This document shows positions 45,937-57,184 of a stretch of DNA of 64,000 bases, in pieces. Where the stretch lies: positions 85,301 through 149,300 of the forward strand of contig JAZDJU010000031.1 of the NCBI GenBank assembly GCA_043803685.1, in the 5' to 3' direction. Position 1 is the stretch's first letter; each line of letters starts with the position of its first letter. The translations under genes and the position numbers were made by a program. The notes under the pieces were generated by a model. That model saw only the letters and a program-made list of their open reading frames with translations. It was not told where the DNA came from and did no database searches. The stretch comes from Candidatus Omnitrophota bacterium (GTDB lineage: Bacteria > Omnitrophota > Omnitrophia > Omnitrophales > Aquincolibacteriaceae).

Positions 45937-46305
45937 TCAAAGAATTACCCCAATGTATTTTCAAATAAGAAGGAATTTCTTCTCAAAAAAAGGGCCCTAT
46001 TTCAAACAGCAACCAGGACGCCATCCCGAGGAAGAGGTTAACTTACCCCCGTACAAACAACATCAAGCCCAAAATAGAAATAGCATCTAGGGATAGTGTT
46101 GGGCAAAGTATACGCCTCTTGTTAATTTCCGACTATATTTCTTCGTGGAGGCGAAAAGCGGGGTGAGACACGCTAAGGAGGCCGAGAGCCAGGGTTTTTC
46201 ATCGAGGCCGACGCTCGCGAGTGCGGTCATGCCTCGGTGGGGCATGACAAACGTTGGCGAGACACACTTTTCGCCGAAGCGTTTTGCTTTGGGAAAACGT
46301 CTGGA

Positions 46306-47733
46306 TCAGACTTTTAGCGAAGCGTTGATGGCTTGAGCGGCTTGGCGGCCCTGGTTGATGGCCCATACGACAAGCGAGGCGCCGCGCACCGAGTCCCCTG
46401 CCGCGAAAACGCCGGGCACCGGGGTCGCGTAGTTGCCGTTCGTCTGGATGTTGCCGCGGTTGTCGAACGGAACGCCGAGTTCTGCGAGGAACTTCGCGTG
46501 CTCGACGTGCACAAAACCCATCGCGAGAAGCACCAGATCCGCCTGCAAAACGAACGCGGAGCCGGGAACTTCCTTCATCGCGTATTGTCCCGTCGCCTTA
46601 TCCATCGTCCACTCAACGCGCATGCAATGGACTTCGTGGACCTTGCCGTCTTTCCCCTTGATCTCCTTGGTCGTGATCGACCAGTCCCGCTCGCAGCCCT
46701 CTTCATGCGAGGTCGACGTGCGGAGGATCGTGGGCCAGTTCGGCCAAACAGGATTCGACGATTCTTTCCATTCCCGGGGTTTCGGAAGGATCTCGAATTG
46801 ATAAACTTTCTTGGCGCCCTGACGGTTGGACGTGCCCACGCAGTCAGAACCCGTGTCACCGCCGCCGATCACAAGCACGGTTTTCCCTTTAGCGGAAATA
46901 ACCTCGGAGGGCTTCACTTCGCCCGAGACAGCCTTGTTCGAGAGCGTCAGGAAATCCATCGCGTAGTGCACGCCCGAAAGTTCGCGGCCCGGAACCTTGA
47001 GGTCACGCGGCGCACCGGCGCCCATCGTAAGAAGGACAACGTCGAAATTCTTCTTCAGGTCCTTCGCGGAGATCTTCACGCCTACTTCTGTATTCACTTC
47101 AAAGCGGACGCCCTCGGCCTTCATCTGTTCGATGCGGCGGTCGAGGACCCATTTCTCAAGCTTGAAATCCGGGATCCCGAAACGCAGGAGCCCGCCGATC
47201 TTCGAGGACTTCTCAAAAAGCGTGACCGTATGCCCGGCGCGACGGAGCTGCTGGGCCGCGGCAAGTCCGGCAGGTCCAGAACCGACGACGGCAATTTTCT
47301 TCCCCGTTTCCTTCGCGGGCGGCTGGGGCTTCACCCAACCTTCGGCGAACGCCTTTTCGATAATGGAGCATTCGAGCTGTTCGATCGTGACCGGCGCGAC
47401 ATTGATCGCGAGCGTGCAAGCGGCTTCGCAAGGGGCCGGGCAGATCCGTCCCGTCACTTCCGGAAGATTGTTCGTGAGCGACAAACGCTCGTAGGCGTCG
47501 TGCCACTGACCGCGGAACACGGCGTCGTTCCACTCGGGAATCAGGTTCGAAATGGGACAGCCGACCGCGTGGCAAAAAGGAATACCGCAATCCATGCAGC
47601 GGGCACCCTGTTTCTGGAGATCCTCGGCGGGAAGCGGCTGAGGGATCTCTTTATAGTCTTTCAGGCGCTCGGCGACGGGCCGCTTCGTTGAAAGGGTGCG
47701 ATTGAACTCTAAAAAGCCGTCTGGTTTTCCCAT
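46306..47733 (-). CDS. gltD: glutamate synthase small subunit
   Basis: RCMDCGIPFCH, GSGPAG, GGGDTGSDC; start MGKP preferred. Confidence 0.95.
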   Translation of the reverse strand: MGKPDGFLEFNRTLSTKRPVAERLKDYKEIPQPLPAEDLQKQGARCMDCGIPFCHAVGCPISNLIPEWNDAVFRGQWHDAYERLSLTNNLPEVTGRICPAPCEAACTLAINVAPVTIEQLECSIIEKAFAEGWVKPQPPAKETGKKIAVVGSGPAGLAAAQQLRRAGHTVTLFEKSSKIGGLLRFGIPDFKLEKWVLDRRIEQMKAEGVRFEVNTEVGVKISAKDLKKNFDVVLLTMGAGAPRDLKVPGRELSGVHYAMDFLTLSNKAVSGEVKPSEVISAKGKTVLVIGGGDTGSDCVGTSNRQGAKKVYQFEILPKPREWKESSNPVWPNWPTILRTSTSHEEGCERDWSITTKEIKGKDGKVHEVHCMRVEWTMDKATGQYAMKEVPGSAFVLQADLVLLAMGFVHVEHAKFLAELGVPFDNRGNIQTNGNYATPVPGVFAAGDSVRGASLVVWAINQGRQAAQAINASLKV

Positions 47734-47810
47734 ATCAGTGCCGTTCTCCATCTGATTTTAGGGGTCAACGGTACAAGACCGCAACCCTTTCAAATCAATA
47801 AAATGCGGTA

Positions 47811-50800
47811 TTAGTTAAAGACCTCTTCTGTCATTTCTACGGATTCTGAATTTTTCATCTGGCGTTCTTTCATCTTGGCCAAGGCCTTCTTGTAGTCCAT
47901 CGGCATGACCTTCACGAAACGCGGGAGCATCTCTTCCCAACTCGCGAGGATCGTCTTGGCCTGCTGACTGCCCGTGAACTTCACGTGGCGCTCGATCGCG
48001 GTCTTGAGGAATTCCCGGTCGGACTTCTCCGTCACGGGCTCGAGGTCCACCATCTCGAGGTTACAACGCGTATCAAAAAGTTCATTCTCGTCAAGCACAT
48101 AGGCGATCCAGCCGCTCATGCCCGCTGCAAAATTCACGCCGGTCTGGCCCAGGATCACCACGCGGCCTCCGGTCATGTATTCGCAGCCGTGGTCCCCCAC
48201 GCCTTCGACCACCGCGATCGCGCCACTGTTACGGACGCAGAACCTCACGCCCGCGCGGCCGTGGATGTAAGCCTCGCCACTTGTGGCGCCAAACAGGTTC
48301 ACGTTCCCGGTGATGATGTTGTCCTGCGGACGGAATGTTGCGGCCTTGGGCGGATACACGATCAACCGTCCTCCCGAAAGCCCCTTCCCGAAATAGTCGT
48401 TCGCATCGCCTTCGAGTTCGAAGGTCACGCCACGTGCGAGAAATGCGCCGAAACTCTGACCGGCCGATCCCTCGAACTTGATCTTGATCGTGTCTTCCGC
48501 AAGACCTTTCTGGCCGTAGCGTCTCGAGATCTCGTAGCTTAAGGTCGTCCCGACCGTGCGGTTGCAGTTCTTGATCTTCTGCGTGATCACCACAGGTTTC
48601 TGGGATTCGAGCGCGGGCTGGGCCTTCTTGATGAGCTCCTCATCGAGCGAAAGTGAAAAATCGTGGACCTGCTTCGTCACGCAACGGATCGATCCGCCGC
48701 GAGGCGCTTCGATCACGGCGAGGACTTTCGAGAAATCGAGGCCCTGCGCCTTGTAATGGTCGACCGCTTCGAGAACCTCGAGCTTGTCCACACGCCCGAC
48801 CATCTCCTCGAACTTTTTGAAACCGAGCTCCGCCATGAGTTCGCGCACTTCCTGCGCGATGAACTTCATGAAATTCATGATGTGTTCCGGTTTCCCTGTA
48901 AAACGTTTGCGGAGTTCCGGGTTCTGCGTCGCGATGCCCACGGGACAGGTGTTCAGATGGCACTTGCGCATGATAATGCAGCCCATCGTCACGAGACTCG
49001 TCGTCCCGAAACCGAATTCCTCGGCGCCGAGCAGCGCGCCGATCACCACGTCGCGGCCGGTCTTGATCTGGCCGTCCACCTGGACGCGGATCCGGTCGCG
49101 GAGCTTGTTCATGACGAGCACCTGCTGGGTCTCGGCGAGGCCGATCTCCCACGGGGACCCCGCATACTTGATCGAAGAAAGAGGTGACGCGCCCGTGCCG
49201 CCATCGTGGCCGCTGATCAGGACCATATCGGCCTTCCCTTTGGCAACACCTGCGGCGACCGTGCCGACGCCCACTTCCGAGACAAGTTTCACGGAAATGC
49301 GCGCTTCGGGGTTCGAGTTCTTGAGATCGAAGATGAGCTGAGCCAAGTCTTCGATCGAATAAATGTCGTGGTGCGGCGGCGGCGAAATAAGCATGACACC
49401 CGCCGTGGAGTGACGCACGCGCGCGATCTGCTCGTCCACTTTATGACCGGGAAGCTGTCCGCCTTCGCCCGGTTTTGCGCCCTGCGCCATCTTGATCTGA
49501 AGTTCGGAGGAATTGGCGAGGTAATGACTCGTCACACCGAAACGCCCTGAAGCGACCTGCTTCACGGAACTCTTGCTGGAATCTCCGTTCGGAAGCGGTT
49601 GGTAACGGGCCGCATCCTCGCCGCCTTCGCCAGAGTTACTGCCGGCACCGAGACGGTTCATGGCAATCGCCATCGTCTCGTGGGCTTCCTTACTGATCGA
49701 ACCGAAGGACATGGCGGAAGTGACGAACCGCTTGACGATGCTGTCCACCGATTCTACTTCTTCAATGGGAATGGACGGCCCTTTCTTCATCTTGAAAAGG
49801 CCACGGAGCGTGCACAGGTTCTTGCTGATGTCGTTCACTTCGGAGGAATACTTCTTGAAAACGCTGTAATCCCCTTCCCGGACCGACTTCTGGAGATTGA
49901 TGACAGCTTGGGGCGAGAAAAGGTGCTTCTCGGAATTCACGCGGTAGTAATAATTGCCGCCAGAATCCAGATCCTCAACACTCGCCTGAGATTCCTGAAA
50001 GGCCGCCTTGAAGCGTTCGAGCGTTTCCCGCTCAACCACTTCGATCCCGATGCCGCGAATGCGCGAGGACGTTCCCGTAAAATAGGCTTCGAGGAACTCG
50101 TCGTTCAATCCCACGGCCTCGAAAATTTGAGCGCCGCGGTAACTGCGGATCGTGGAAATGCCCATCTTGGACATGACCTTGAGAAGTCCTTTTTTGATCG
50201 CGGCGATGTAATTCTCGACCGCGGCTTCGAGCGTCATCGAGGCGGGTAAATGCCCGCGACGCTTGAGGTCGGTCAGGCTTTCGAAAACAAGATACGGATT
50301 GATGGCGTCCACGCCGTAACCCACGAGACACGCGAAATGCTGCACTTCACGCGCTTCGCCGGTCTCGAGAACAATGCCTCCCAAGTGGCGTTTCCCTTTC
50401 CGGATCAGATATTGATGGACCGCGGAACCGGCCAAGAGCGCCGGGATCGGGGCTTTTCCCGGACCGGCATCCCGGTCACTCAGGATCACGAGCGAATTGC
50501 CTTCATCGAGTTTCTGTTCCACAAGCGAGCAGAGCGCATCCACCGCTTTGGCGAGACTGCCCGCGGCGCCCGTAGCGTCAAAAAGCATCGGGACGGTGCA
50601 GACACGGAAGGTGGCCAAGGTTGAGGTTTTCAAACGATCAATGTCATCGTTCGTGAGGACCGGGTGCGAGAGCTTGAGCTGATGGCAATGTTTCGGCGTC
50701 TCGTCCAGGAGATTCCCCTGGCGGCCCACGAAACTCATGAGCGACATCACAAGGTTCTCGCGATACGGATCGATCGGAGGGTTCGTGACCTGCGCGAAAA

Positions 50801-52334
50801 GTTGTCTAAAATAATTGTAAAGAAGCTGGGAGCGCTTTGAAAGGATCGCGAGCGCGGCGTCGTTCCCCATCGACCCGATCGGTTCCTGGGCGTTCTCGGC
50901 CATCGGAAGCAGGATCAGTTTCTCATCCTCGAGCGTGTAGCCGAACATGCGCTGACGGAGCGCGAGCGTTTTCTCGTCCACTTCCACCGGCCCCGGCACC
51001 TGTAACAATCCTTTAAGTTCGATGCGGTTCTCTTCAAGCCATCGGCGGTACGGCTTGCTCCGGGCGATCCCGGACTTGATCTCGTGATCTTTCATCACGC
51101 GCTTCGTCGCCGTGTCCACCAAAAGAATTTTACCAGGCGTGAGCATCCCTTTTTCCTGGACGTCCGAAGGATCGATCTCAACCACACCGGCTTCCGAGGC
51201 CAATACCAGGATCCCGCTTTTCGTGATGGTGTATCGCGCGGGACGAAGACCGTTCCGGTCGAGGATCGCGCCGACCTTCGTTCCGTCCGTGAACGCGACA
51301 GCGGCAGGACCGTCCCACGGTTCCATGATCGCGGAATGATATTCAAAGAAAGCGCGCTTGGCTTCGCTGATATGGTATTTCACGCCGAACGCTTCGGGGA
51401 CCATCATCATGATCGCGTGTTCCATTGAGCGACCGCCCAACGTCAGAAGCTCAAAGGCATTATCAAAGATGCCGGAGTCGCTCAAATCAGGATTGATGAC
51501 TGGCAGAAGTTTCTTGATCTCGGGACCGAAGAGGTCGGTGGAAAGTCTTCCTTCGCGGGCGGCCATCTTGTTGATGTTGCCGCGCAGAGTATTGATCTCG
51601 CCGTTGTGCGCCACAAAATGGAACGGATGCGCCAGGGCCCAGGATGGGAACGTGTTCGTCGAGTAGCGCTGGTGCACGACGGCGATGGCGCTGACGAGGT
51701 CTTCGTCCATCAGGTCGGTGAAGAAATGATCGAACTGGGGCGCCGCGAACATGCCTTTATAGACCATCGTACGCGTGGAAAGGGACGGAATATAGAAATC
51801 CTCGATCGCCCATCCGAGTTTCGCGGCTTCGTTCTCAAGGACTTTCCGGAGGATATAAAGACGGCGTTCCAGGGCCAACCCTTCGAGTCCGTCATAAGAA
51901 ACAAAGACCTGCCAGATGGACGGCATCACGTCCCGCGCCATTTCACCGAGACAATCGGGCGCGATCGGCACTTCACGCCATCCAAGGATCTTGCCGCCTT
52001 CCTTGGCGGTCTGTTCGGCGATCATCTTCCGGGCACGTTCGGCATCCTTCGCCACTTTCGGGAGAAAGAGCATCCCCGCGCCATACTTTCCTTCCGCCGG
52101 CAGCTGGAATTTCAGGACCTTCGCAAAGAACTTGTGCGGTAGTTGAAGCAGCATCCCGGCGCCGTCACCCGTCTTCAGGTCGCCCCCCACCGCGCCGCGA
52201 TGAACAAGGTTCTTCAGGATCTGGACGCCATCACGGACGATCTGGTGGGTCCGGGTTCCGTCGATCTTGACAATAAAGCCGACGCCGCACGCGTCATGTT
52301 CCATGCTAGGGTGATAGAGGCCTTGGGCTTTCAT
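47811..52334 (-). CDS. gltB: glutamate synthase large subunit
   Basis: HDACGVG, HQRYSTNT, QGAKPGEGG, CHLNTCPVG, GXGXG domain. Confidence 0.97.
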   Translation of the reverse strand: MKAQGLYHPSMEHDACGVGFIVKIDGTRTHQIVRDGVQILKNLVHRGAVGGDLKTGDGAGMLLQLPHKFFAKVLKFQLPAEGKYGAGMLFLPKVAKDAERARKMIAEQTAKEGGKILGWREVPIAPDCLGEMARDVMPSIWQVFVSYDGLEGLALERRLYILRKVLENEAAKLGWAIEDFYIPSLSTRTMVYKGMFAAPQFDHFFTDLMDEDLVSAIAVVHQRYSTNTFPSWALAHPFHFVAHNGEINTLRGNINKMAAREGRLSTDLFGPEIKKLLPVINPDLSDSGIFDNAFELLTLGGRSMEHAIMMMVPEAFGVKYHISEAKRAFFEYHSAIMEPWDGPAAVAFTDGTKVGAILDRNGLRPARYTITKSGILVLASEAGVVEIDPSDVQEKGMLTPGKILLVDTATKRVMKDHEIKSGIARSKPYRRWLEENRIELKGLLQVPGPVEVDEKTLALRQRMFGYTLEDEKLILLPMAENAQEPIGSMGNDAALAILSKRSQLLYNYFRQLFAQVTNPPIDPYRENLVMSLMSFVGRQGNLLDETPKHCHQLKLSHPVLTNDDIDRLKTSTLATFRVCTVPMLFDATGAAGSLAKAVDALCSLVEQKLDEGNSLVILSDRDAGPGKAPIPALLAGSAVHQYLIRKGKRHLGGIVLETGEAREVQHFACLVGYGVDAINPYLVFESLTDLKRRGHLPASMTLEAAVENYIAAIKKGLLKVMSKMGISTIRSYRGAQIFEAVGLNDEFLEAYFTGTSSRIRGIGIEVVERETLERFKAAFQESQASVEDLDSGGNYYYRVNSEKHLFSPQAVINLQKSVREGDYSVFKKYSSEVNDISKNLCTLRGLFKMKKGPSIPIEEVESVDSIVKRFVTSAMSFGSISKEAHETMAIAMNRLGAGSNSGEGGEDAARYQPLPNGDSSKSSVKQVASGRFGVTSHYLANSSELQIKMAQGAKPGEGGQLPGHKVDEQIARVRHSTAGVMLISPPPHHDIYSIEDLAQLIFDLKNSNPEARISVKLVSEVGVGTVAAGVAKGKADMVLISGHDGGTGASPLSSIKYAGSPWEIGLAETQQVLVMNKLRDRIRVQVDGQIKTGRDVVIGALLGAEEFGFGTTSLVTMGCIIMRKCHLNTCPVGIATQNPELRKRFTGKPEHIMNFMKFIAQEVRELMAELGFKKFEEMVGRVDKLEVLEAVDHYKAQGLDFSKVLAVIEAPRGGSIRCVTKQVHDFSLSLDEELIKKAQPALESQKPVVITQKIKNCNRTVGTTLSYEISRRYGQKGLAEDTIKIKFEGSAGQSFGAFLARGVTFELEGDANDYFGKGLSGGRLIVYPPKAATFRPQDNIITGNVNLFGATSGEAYIHGRAGVRFCVRNSGAIAVVEGVGDHGCEYMTGGRVVILGQTGVNFAAGMSGWIAYVLDENELFDTRCNLEMVDLEPVTEKSDREFLKTAIERHVKFTGSQQAKTILASWEEMLPRFVKVMPMDYKKALAKMKERQMKNSESVEMTEEVFN

Positions 52335-52346
52335 GATGATTCCTTT

Positions 52347-55300
52347 TTAGGCTTTGGCGTTATGATAACTTTGGATCGACCGGACGTCGAGCTCGTCGTC
52401 ACGAACGGCTTGAAGACCGCGGACCGCCGCGCGCGCGGCGCTCAAGGTCGTAATGCAGGGAATATTGAAGGACACCGCGAGCGACCGGATCTTGCCTTCG
52501 TCCAGCATCGGCCCTTTGCCGACCGGCGTGTTGATAATAAGGTCCATTTTCTTTTCCTTGATCCAGTGCGAAAGGTTCGGGCTCCCCTCGGCCATTTTGA
52601 GGACTTCCTCCGCGGGCACGCCCGCTTCCTTGAGGACCTTCGCCGTTCCCTTGGTCGAAACGATCTTGAGGCCCAGCTTGTGGAACTCCCGGGCGATCTC
52701 GGCGATCTTGGGTTTGTCCGTGTCCTTCACGCTGATAAAGACCGTTCCCTTGCGCGGGATATGCGACATCGCCGCGTCCTGGGATTTATAGAAGGCTTTC
52801 CCGAAATCCTTGTCGATCCCCATGACCTCTCCGGTCGATTTCATTTCCGGGGAAAGGATGATATCCACCCCCGGGAACTTCACGAACGGGAACACGGATT
52901 CCTTCACGGCCACGTGCTTGGGGATGATCTCTTCGGTGAATTTCAATTCCTTGAGCGTTTTCCCGAGCATCAGCTGCGCGGCAAGTTTCGCGAGCGGCAC
53001 ACCGATCGTCTTGCTTACGAAGGGCACTGTCCGGGAAGCGCGCGGATTCACTTCAAGGCAATAGACCTGGTCTTTCTGGATCGCGTACTGCACGTTCATG
53101 AGCCCGACCACGCCGAGCTCCTTGGCGATCTGTTTCGTCTTGTGGACAATTTCTTCCACGATCTCACGCGAGATCGAGAACGGCGGAATGACGGACGCGC
53201 TGTCCCCCGAATGGATACCAGCTTCTTCAATGTGCTCCATCACGGAGCCCACGACCGCGATCTTGCCGTCCGAAATGAGGTCGACGTCCACTTCCGTCGC
53301 GTCCTCCAGAAACTTATCGATCAGGATCGCCTGGTCATCGCTCGCCTCGACCGCCTGCTTCATATATTTCTTGAGCGAGGTCTGGTCGTACACGATCTCC
53401 ATCGCGCGGCCACCCAAGACATACGACGGGCGGATCACGACGGGATAGCCGATCTCTTTGGCGATCTGATGGGCTTCTTCAAGGCTTTTCGCGATCCCGT
53501 TGGCGGGTTGGCGCAGGCCGATCTTCTTCAACAGTTTCTTGAACCGGTCGCGGTCTTCGGCGCGATCGATCGCGTCGACCGAGGTCCCGAGGATCTTCAC
53601 GCCATTGGCGAGAAGCGACTTCGCGAGATTGAGCGGCGTCTGTCCGCCGAGCTGAAGGATCACGCCGACCGGTTTCTCGTTCTCATAGATATTGAGAACG
53701 TCTTCGAGCGTCAAAGGCTCAAAGAAAAGTTTGTCAGAGGTGTCGTAGTCCGTGCTCACGGTCTCGGGATTGGAATTGACCATGATCGTTTCATAGCCCA
53801 TTTTCTTGAGGGCCATGACGGCGTGCACGCAGCAATAATCGAATTCGATCCCCTGCCCGATGCGGTTCGGCCCGCCGCCCAGGATCATGACCTTCTTCTT
53901 GCGGCTGGGGTTCGCTTCATCCTCATCTTCATAAGTCGAATAAAAGTAAGGCGTGTAGGCCTTGAATTCCGCGGCGCAGGTGTCCACCAACTTATAGACC
54001 GGCTTGATCCCGAGATTCTTGCGTTTCTTGCGAACGTCTTTTTCCTGAAGCCCCCAGTAGAACGCAAGCTGGCGATCGGAGAACCCGTACTGCTTGGCTT
54101 GACGCATCAGCGCGTCCTGCTGTTTCGATCTCCCCTGCGCGGCCAGGAGTTCCTTTTCGAGGTCAATGATCTGCTTGAGCTGTTCCAGGAACCACGGATC
54201 GACCCCTGTCTTTTTATAGATCTCCTCGGTGGTGTAGCCGGCGAGGTACGCGTATTTCAAATAGAAGATCCGGTCCTCGCGCGGAACCTTGGCATAAGCG
54301 AAGATCTTTTCGCGGAGTTCCTTATCGTTTGGAACGGTCTTGATGAAGTTCACGTAAGCGTCGCGGGTCTTGAGCACGAGGTCAAAGATCTTGTCCTTGC
54401 CGTCGCCGCCGAACCCAAAGCGTTTTGTCTCAAGCGAGCGCAGGCCTTTCTGGAACGATTCCTTGAACGTGCGGCCGATGGACATCACTTCGCCCACGGA
54501 TTTCATTTGGGTCGTCAGACGATCATCCACGCCCTCGAATTTTTCGAAGGCAAAGCGCGGGATCTTCACAACGCAATAGTCGATCGAAGGTTCGAACGAG
54601 GCCGGTGTGTACTTCGTAATGTCATTGGGGATCTCATCGAGCGTCAGCCCGACGGCGAGCTTGGCCGCGAACTTGGCGATCGGAAATCCCGTGGCTTTGG
54701 AAGCGAGTGCTGACGAACGGGACACGCGAGGGTTCATTTCGATAATGACCATACGGCCCGTCTTGGGGTCGACCGCGAACTGAACGTTGGAACCTCCGGT
54801 CTCGATCCCGATCTCGGACATGACTTTGCGGGCGGCATCGCGCATGCGCTGATACTCCCGGTCCGTCAGGGTCTGCGCCGGCGCCACCGTGATGGAGTCG
54901 CCCGTGTGGACGCCCATCGGATCAAGATTCTCGATCGAGCAGATGACCACGAAATTGTCGTTCTTGTCGCGCATCACCTCGAGCTCGTATTCTTTCCAGC
55001 CCACGATCGATTCCTCGATCAGGATCTCGTGCACGCGGCTGTAATCAAGTCCGGTGCGCGCGGTGGCGCGGAGTTCTTCAAGATTATGGCAAACGCCGCT
55101 TCCGGAACCCCCGAGCGTGAAACTCGCGCGGACGATCACCGGATAACCGATCTTTTCAGCGACCTTTTCGGCTTCTTCCAGGGAATACGCGAAATCGCTT
55201 TTCGGAAGATCCAGACCGATCTTCTGCATCGCGCGCTTGAACTCCTCGCGGTTCTCGGCCTTCTTGATCGCCTCATACTTCGCGCCGATCATCTCGACAT

Positions 55301-55634
55301 TGTGGCGCTGGAAAACGCCCGCTTCATAAGCCTCGACCGCGAGGTTCAGCCCCGTCTGGCCGCCCATGGTCGGCAGGACCGCGTCGGGTTTCTCTTTGAT
55401 GATGACCTTCTCAAGAAATTCCACCGTGAGCGGTTCAATGTAGGTCGCATCCGCGAGATCGGGATCGGTCATGATGGTCGCGGGATTTGAATTGATGAGC
55501 GCGACCTTGTAGCCTTCTTCCTTCAGGGCCTTCACCGCTTGCGCGCCCGAATAATCGAATTCACAGGCCTGGCCGATGATGATAGGCCCCGAGCCGATGA
55601 TCAGGATCTTTTTGATGTCAGTTCGTTTAGGCAT
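52347..55634 (-). CDS. carB: carbamoyl-phosphate synthase large subunit
   Basis: [10 protein letters not shown], duplicated ATP-grasp, MGS domain. Confidence 0.97.
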   Translation of the reverse strand: MPKRTDIKKILIIGSGPIIIGQACEFDYSGAQAVKALKEEGYKVALINSNPATIMTDPDLADATYIEPLTVEFLEKVIIKEKPDAVLPTMGGQTGLNLAVEAYEAGVFQRHNVEMIGAKYEAIKKAENREEFKRAMQKIGLDLPKSDFAYSLEEAEKVAEKIGYPVIVRASFTLGGSGSGVCHNLEELRATARTGLDYSRVHEILIEESIVGWKEYELEVMRDKNDNFVVICSIENLDPMGVHTGDSITVAPAQTLTDREYQRMRDAARKVMSEIGIETGGSNVQFAVDPKTGRMVIIEMNPRVSRSSALASKATGFPIAKFAAKLAVGLTLDEIPNDITKYTPASFEPSIDYCVVKIPRFAFEKFEGVDDRLTTQMKSVGEVMSIGRTFKESFQKGLRSLETKRFGFGGDGKDKIFDLVLKTRDAYVNFIKTVPNDKELREKIFAYAKVPREDRIFYLKYAYLAGYTTEEIYKKTGVDPWFLEQLKQIIDLEKELLAAQGRSKQQDALMRQAKQYGFSDRQLAFYWGLQEKDVRKKRKNLGIKPVYKLVDTCAAEFKAYTPYFYSTYEDEDEANPSRKKKVMILGGGPNRIGQGIEFDYCCVHAVMALKKMGYETIMVNSNPETVSTDYDTSDKLFFEPLTLEDVLNIYENEKPVGVILQLGGQTPLNLAKSLLANGVKILGTSVDAIDRAEDRDRFKKLLKKIGLRQPANGIAKSLEEAHQIAKEIGYPVVIRPSYVLGGRAMEIVYDQTSLKKYMKQAVEASDDQAILIDKFLEDATEVDVDLISDGKIAVVGSVMEHIEEAGIHSGDSASVIPPFSISREIVEEIVHKTKQIAKELGVVGLMNVQYAIQKDQVYCLEVNPRASRTVPFVSKTIGVPLAKLAAQLMLGKTLKELKFTEEIIPKHVAVKESVFPFVKFPGVDIILSPEMKSTGEVMGIDKDFGKAFYKSQDAAMSHIPRKGTVFISVKDTDKPKIAEIAREFHKLGLKIVSTKGTAKVLKEAGVPAEEVLKMAEGSPNLSHWIKEKKMDLIINTPVGKGPMLDEGKIRSLAVSFNIPCITTLSAARAAVRGLQAVRDDELDVRSIQSYHNAKA

Positions 55635-56754
55635 CTTTTTGGTTCTTTTCTATGAGATCGTAGAATCGAGTGAAGAGATAATCGCTATCGTGCGGCCCGG
55701 GAGCGTTCTCGGGATGGTACTGGACGCTGAAGAGCGGGTATTTCTTGTGCTGCAACCCTTCCATCGTCTTGTCGTTCAAATTGATATGGGTGACCTCGAC
55801 CTCCCCTTTCGGAAGCGTGTCGATATTCACCACGAAGTTATGGTTCTGGGAAGTGATCTCGATCTTCCGCGTTTTGAGGTCCATGACCGGCTGGTTGTTG
55901 CCGTGGTGCCCGAACTTGAGTTTCGAGGTCTTGCCCCCAAGCGCCTGCCCGATCATCTGATGCCCGAGGCAGATCCCGAACATCGGCTTTTTCCCGATGA
56001 GTTTTCGAACCGTCTCGACCAGATACTTCACCGCGGAAGGATCTCCGGGACCATTCGCGAGAAAGACTCCGTCCGGCTGGTACGCCAGGATCTCTTCAGC
56101 GGTCGCGGTCGCGGGAACGACCTGGACATGAAAACCATGCTGATTGAGCTTCCGGAGGATGTTCCATTTCGTGCCGCTATCCACAGCCACGACCTTGAAC
56201 TTTTTCTTCTTCGAGTCCCCCCAGGCGAACTCCGCGGGCATGACCTCTTCAAACACATAAGGTTTCTGGCACGTCACTTCCTTCACCAGATCCACGCCTT
56301 CGATGCCCGGGGACTTTTTGGCCTTCTGAACCAGTTTTTTAGGATCAAGTTCGATGGTGGAAATGACCGCCTTCTTCGCGCCGACGGTCCGGAGGTGCTT
56401 CACGAGCTTGCGGGTGTCGATCCCCTGGATGCCGAGGATATTGTATTGCTTGAGGTATTGATCGAGCGTCATCTCGGAGCGGTAATTGCTCACCACCGGA
56501 CTGAGTTCTTTAATGATAAAACCTTCGACCCAGGGCCGGGAAGATTCCACGTCGGCGGTGTTGATGCCGTAGTTGCCGATCAGAGGATAGGTCATGCAGA
56601 CCATCTGTCCTTTATAGGAAGGATCGGTCAGGATCTCTTGATAGCCCGAGAGGCCGGTATTAAAAACGACTTCCCCAAAGGTCTCGCCATCGGCGCCAAA
56701 ACCTTCGCCTTCAAACCACACACCATCCTCGAGCGCTAGTATCGCTTTCTTCAT
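55627..56754 (-). CDS. carA: carbamoyl-phosphate synthase small subunit
   Basis: [29 protein letters not shown]. Confidence 0.97.
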   Translation of the reverse strand: MKKAILALEDGVWFEGEGFGADGETFGEVVFNTGLSGYQEILTDPSYKGQMVCMTYPLIGNYGINTADVESSRPWVEGFIIKELSPVVSNYRSEMTLDQYLKQYNILGIQGIDTRKLVKHLRTVGAKKAVISTIELDPKKLVQKAKKSPGIEGVDLVKEVTCQKPYVFEEVMPAEFAWGDSKKKKFKVVAVDSGTKWNILRKLNQHGFHVQVVPATATAEEILAYQPDGVFLANGPGDPSAVKYLVETVRKLIGKKPMFGICLGHQMIGQALGGKTSKLKFGHHGNNQPVMDLKTRKIEITSQNHNFVVNIDTLPKGEVEVTHINLNDKTMEGLQHKKYPLFSVQYHPENAPGPHDSDYLFTRFYDLIEKNQKDA

Positions 56755-56943
56755 GGTTTTACCTGGGGGTAAGTGAATCCGTGGGCTTCCGAACCTGTCA
56801 GAACGCCTTCAAATTGGCGCATAGAATACTTCAGGTTGGCCTAACTGTCCAGAGGTGGATGAACGAAAAATCTGACATGAAAACAGGCGACTTCTTCATT
56901 CCAGACCCGGTCTGGAATGAGGTGGGGTCCTTTCCCCGCCTCT

Positions 56944-57183
56944 TCAGCGGATCTTTCGCCCGAACCGGAATCCCACCAATAGGACGGAAGTCCAGATCGC
57001 GGAAATAAGCAGACGATCTTTGACCGGCTCCCGGACAACGACGAACGATAGAACGCCCGCGATAACTATGAAAATGAAGATCCATTTCGAGAAATTCAGA
57101 TCGATCGCCCGGAACCATGCCAGCCTCAGCCCCACTACGAAGAAAAATATCGAGGCATAAGAGGCGAGAGCGAATTCGGCCAT
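56944..57183 (-). CDS. small 3-TM membrane protein
   Basis: 79 aa, hydrophobic; starts 2 nt after the transporter stop. Confidence 0.5.
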   Translation of the reverse strand: MAEFALASYASIFFFVVGLRLAWFRAIDLNFSKWIFIFIVIAGVLSFVVVREPVKDRLLISAIWTSVLLVGFRFGRKIR

Positions 57184-57184
57184 G

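Noticed and set aside
40300-46300. Classical integron
   Set aside because: No intI, no consistent RYYYAAC...GTTRRRY attC pairs, and the genes are in mixed orientation.
52143-54713. 856-aa plus-strand ORF (likewise 23267..24943, 20181..21353, 46333..47691, 55576..56739)
   Set aside because: Antisense shadows of carB, apgM/thrC, cimA, gltD and carA caused by codon bias; no recognisable motifs.
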